IMG/VR virus record: IMGVR_UViG_3300041955_000884
Location: 43,198 to 107,197 of that record
DNA: 64,000 bases
Source: a virus
Reading direction: 5' to 3' (one strand)
Shown piece by piece: positions 62,546-64,000 of this stretch; the first letter of the stretch is position 1; each line of letters starts with the position of its first letter. The position numbers and the translations under genes are program-made. The notes under the pieces were generated by a model, which was not told where the DNA came from, did not search any database, and saw only the letters and a program-made list of their open reading frames with translations.

Positions 62546-62994
62546 GCACGACATTGCCGACCTTCCGCCTGCGGTCATGGGCCGAGCAGACGCTCTACGA
62601 CGCGCGGGACTATCTCGTGGTGGCCGAGAGCCTTGAGGCGGCCATCGAGAAGCTTGCGGCTGCGGAGCAAGCGGTGGCCGAGGACGGCGGCACGCCGCGG
62701 CGGTTCGGCGGCATTGCCGGGATCGACAGATGGATGAGCGACGACGTCGTGCCGCTTGATCCCGGGGAAATCGTGGGCGGTGAGCACGACATCTGCCAGA
62801 TCGACGAAGCCGGCGATCCTATCCGGCCGCCGCCTGCCCGCCGGCGAGACATGGCTGCGGCCATCCGTTTCGCGTTGGACTGCCTCGACTTCGCCTGCGA
62901 CAGCGACGACAGCTCGGGCGCGCGGGACGAGGCCGTGGAGGATGCCCGGCGGCGGCTGGCCGCTGTGGCTGCGAAGCTGGAGGGACGGTCGTGA
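62542..62994 (+). CDS. Hypothetical protein
   Basis: ATGA coupling. Confidence 0.5.
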   Translation: MSTTLPTFRLRSWAEQTLYDARDYLVVAESLEAAIEKLAAAEQAVAEDGGTPRRFGGIAGIDRWMSDDVVPLDPGEIVGGEHDICQIDEAGDPIRPPPARRRDMAAAIRFALDCLDFACDSDDSSGARDEAVEDARRRLAAVAAKLEGRS

Positions 62995-63419
62995 GCGACA
63001 TTCATGGACTCATGGGCTGGTGGTACACGACTGGCCCAGGCGCACTTCACCAGGTCGTCGCGTGCCCGCAAGACACTCCATCATGCGTGCTGGTGGAGAA
63101 CGCCGCAGGCCAGCGCTTCTGGGCGCCAACCGAACTGGTCAAGGGAATCGCCACGGCGCCTGAGTCTCGCCTGTTCATCGGTGTCTTCCCTGGCGGCATC
63201 GTCTACGCCGACAGGGCACGCGAGACGTTCGGGGATTACGAGCGGCTGGCGTTCCTGCCATTCGGCACGTTGGAGTTCCAGTGGAGCAAGAACCCATGCC
63301 CGGCTAGCCTCCGCGCGCTGGTCGTGGCCGACGCTGCTGGCGTCCAGGCCCGGCGCGGCGAGGACTTCCAGGTGTCTACCTCCGGGCAGACAGTCAGGCT
63401 TGGGGAGATGGCGGCATGA
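62991..63419 (+). CDS. Hypothetical protein
   Basis: GTGA coupling. Confidence 0.55.
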   Translation: MSDIHGLMGWWYTTGPGALHQVVACPQDTPSCVLVENAAGQRFWAPTELVKGIATAPESRLFIGVFPGGIVYADRARETFGDYERLAFLPFGTLEFQWSKNPCPASLRALVVADAAGVQARRGEDFQVSTSGQTVRLGEMAA

Positions 63420-64000
63420 GCAAGATTTCTGGTTCTCAAAGCCCCGGCACCGCTGGCGGCTCAACGGGCACCGTACTGGCTTGGCACTTCGTCGGCCCCA
63501 TCTTACGGGATGGCCGAGCCGTGCCGGAGGACGGCGTCCTACTGCGTCATCGCGGCAGACTGGTGATGTGCGGAGCCGGCTTACACGCGTCCGAGCGCAT
63601 CATTGACGCTCTTCGCTACGCGCCGGGCGAGACAATCTGCCGTGTGAACTGCGGCGGGCGGATCGAGCGTGACAGGGATAAGCTTGTCTGTAGCGAACGC
63701 ACGATCCTGTGGCGCGTCGATGGGTCGGCGCTGCTTCGCAGATTCGCCTGTTTGTGCGCATTGGATGTGATTCACCTTTCGTCGCCGCCGGCCATAGTCA
63801 GGCGCTACCTCGAAACGCAGGACGAGTCGCTTAGGGAGGCGGCGTGGGAGGCGGCGTGGGCTGCGTCGGAGGCTGCGTCGACTGTGGCGCGGAAGGCGGG
63901 ATGGTATGCGGCGTGGGCTGCGTCGGAGGCTGCGTCGACTGTGGCGCGGAAGGCGGGATGGTATGCGGCGTGGGCTGCGTCGGAGGCAGCGTGGGCTGCG
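63416..64000 (+). CDS. Phage protein with AAWAA-type low-complexity tail; runs off the right edge
   Basis: Hand translation: LAWHF...MCGAGLHAS...DALRYA...DKLVC...REAAWEAAWAA. Confidence 0.7.
   Translation, partial: MSKISGSQSPGTAGGSTGTVLAWHFVGPILRDGRAVPEDGVLLRHRGRLVMCGAGLHASERIIDALRYAPGETICRVNCGGRIERDRDKLVCSERTILWRVDGSALLRRFACLCALDVIHLSSPPAIVRRYLETQDESLREAAWEAAWAASEAASTVARKAGWYAAWAASEAASTVARKAGWYAAWAASEAAWAA
63851..63987 (+). repeat. 57-bp tandem repeat, about 2.4 copies, in frame
   Basis: Identical units 63851..63907 and 63908..63964 encoding AAWAASEAASTVARKAGWY. Confidence 0.9.

Noticed and set aside
1-64000. Diversity-generating retroelement, CRISPR array, integrase or rRNA
   Set aside because: Despite the BPP-1-like virion genes, I saw no reverse transcriptase motif, TR/VR pair, regularly spaced repeats, recombinase motif or rRNA in this window.
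1-64000. Stop-codon reassignment suggested by the large tRNA set
   Set aside because: No CUA or UUA suppressor tRNA was found, and core genes are intact under the standard bacterial code.

Overview
This window is part of a high-GC tailed phage or prophage genome, probably with an alphaproteobacterial host (inferred from promoter style and gene families). The minus strand carries a podovirus-type (BPP-1/Bcep22-like) virion module: terminase small and large subunits, portal, scaffold, major capsid, cement, tail tubular A/B and ejection proteins. About 30 kb of cargo separates the portal from the scaffold/capsid genes. The cargo includes glycan-modifying enzymes, nucleotide-pool enzymes, an Acb2/Tad1-like anti-defence protein and a 5.6 kb minus-strand array of 39 tRNA genes covering all 20 amino acids; about 12 free-standing endonuclease genes are scattered across the window. 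The main find is directly upstream of the tRNA array. A promoter is followed by a leaderless 40-codon ORF (39738..39860, below the ORF-track cutoff) that uses 31 different codons, nearly one per tRNA species. Its 3' end can pair with the 5' arm of an intrinsic terminator. This is the layout of a ribosome-stalling attenuator that would switch on the whole tRNA array when almost any host tRNA is depleted. The array is also bracketed by complementary sequences, contains tRNAs with systematically remodelled elbows and folds, a tRNA-like RNA with a branched anticodon domain, and a ~380-nt structured non-coding insert. All tRNA and RNA structures were folded by eye, and protein family calls come from motif recognition rather than database searches.
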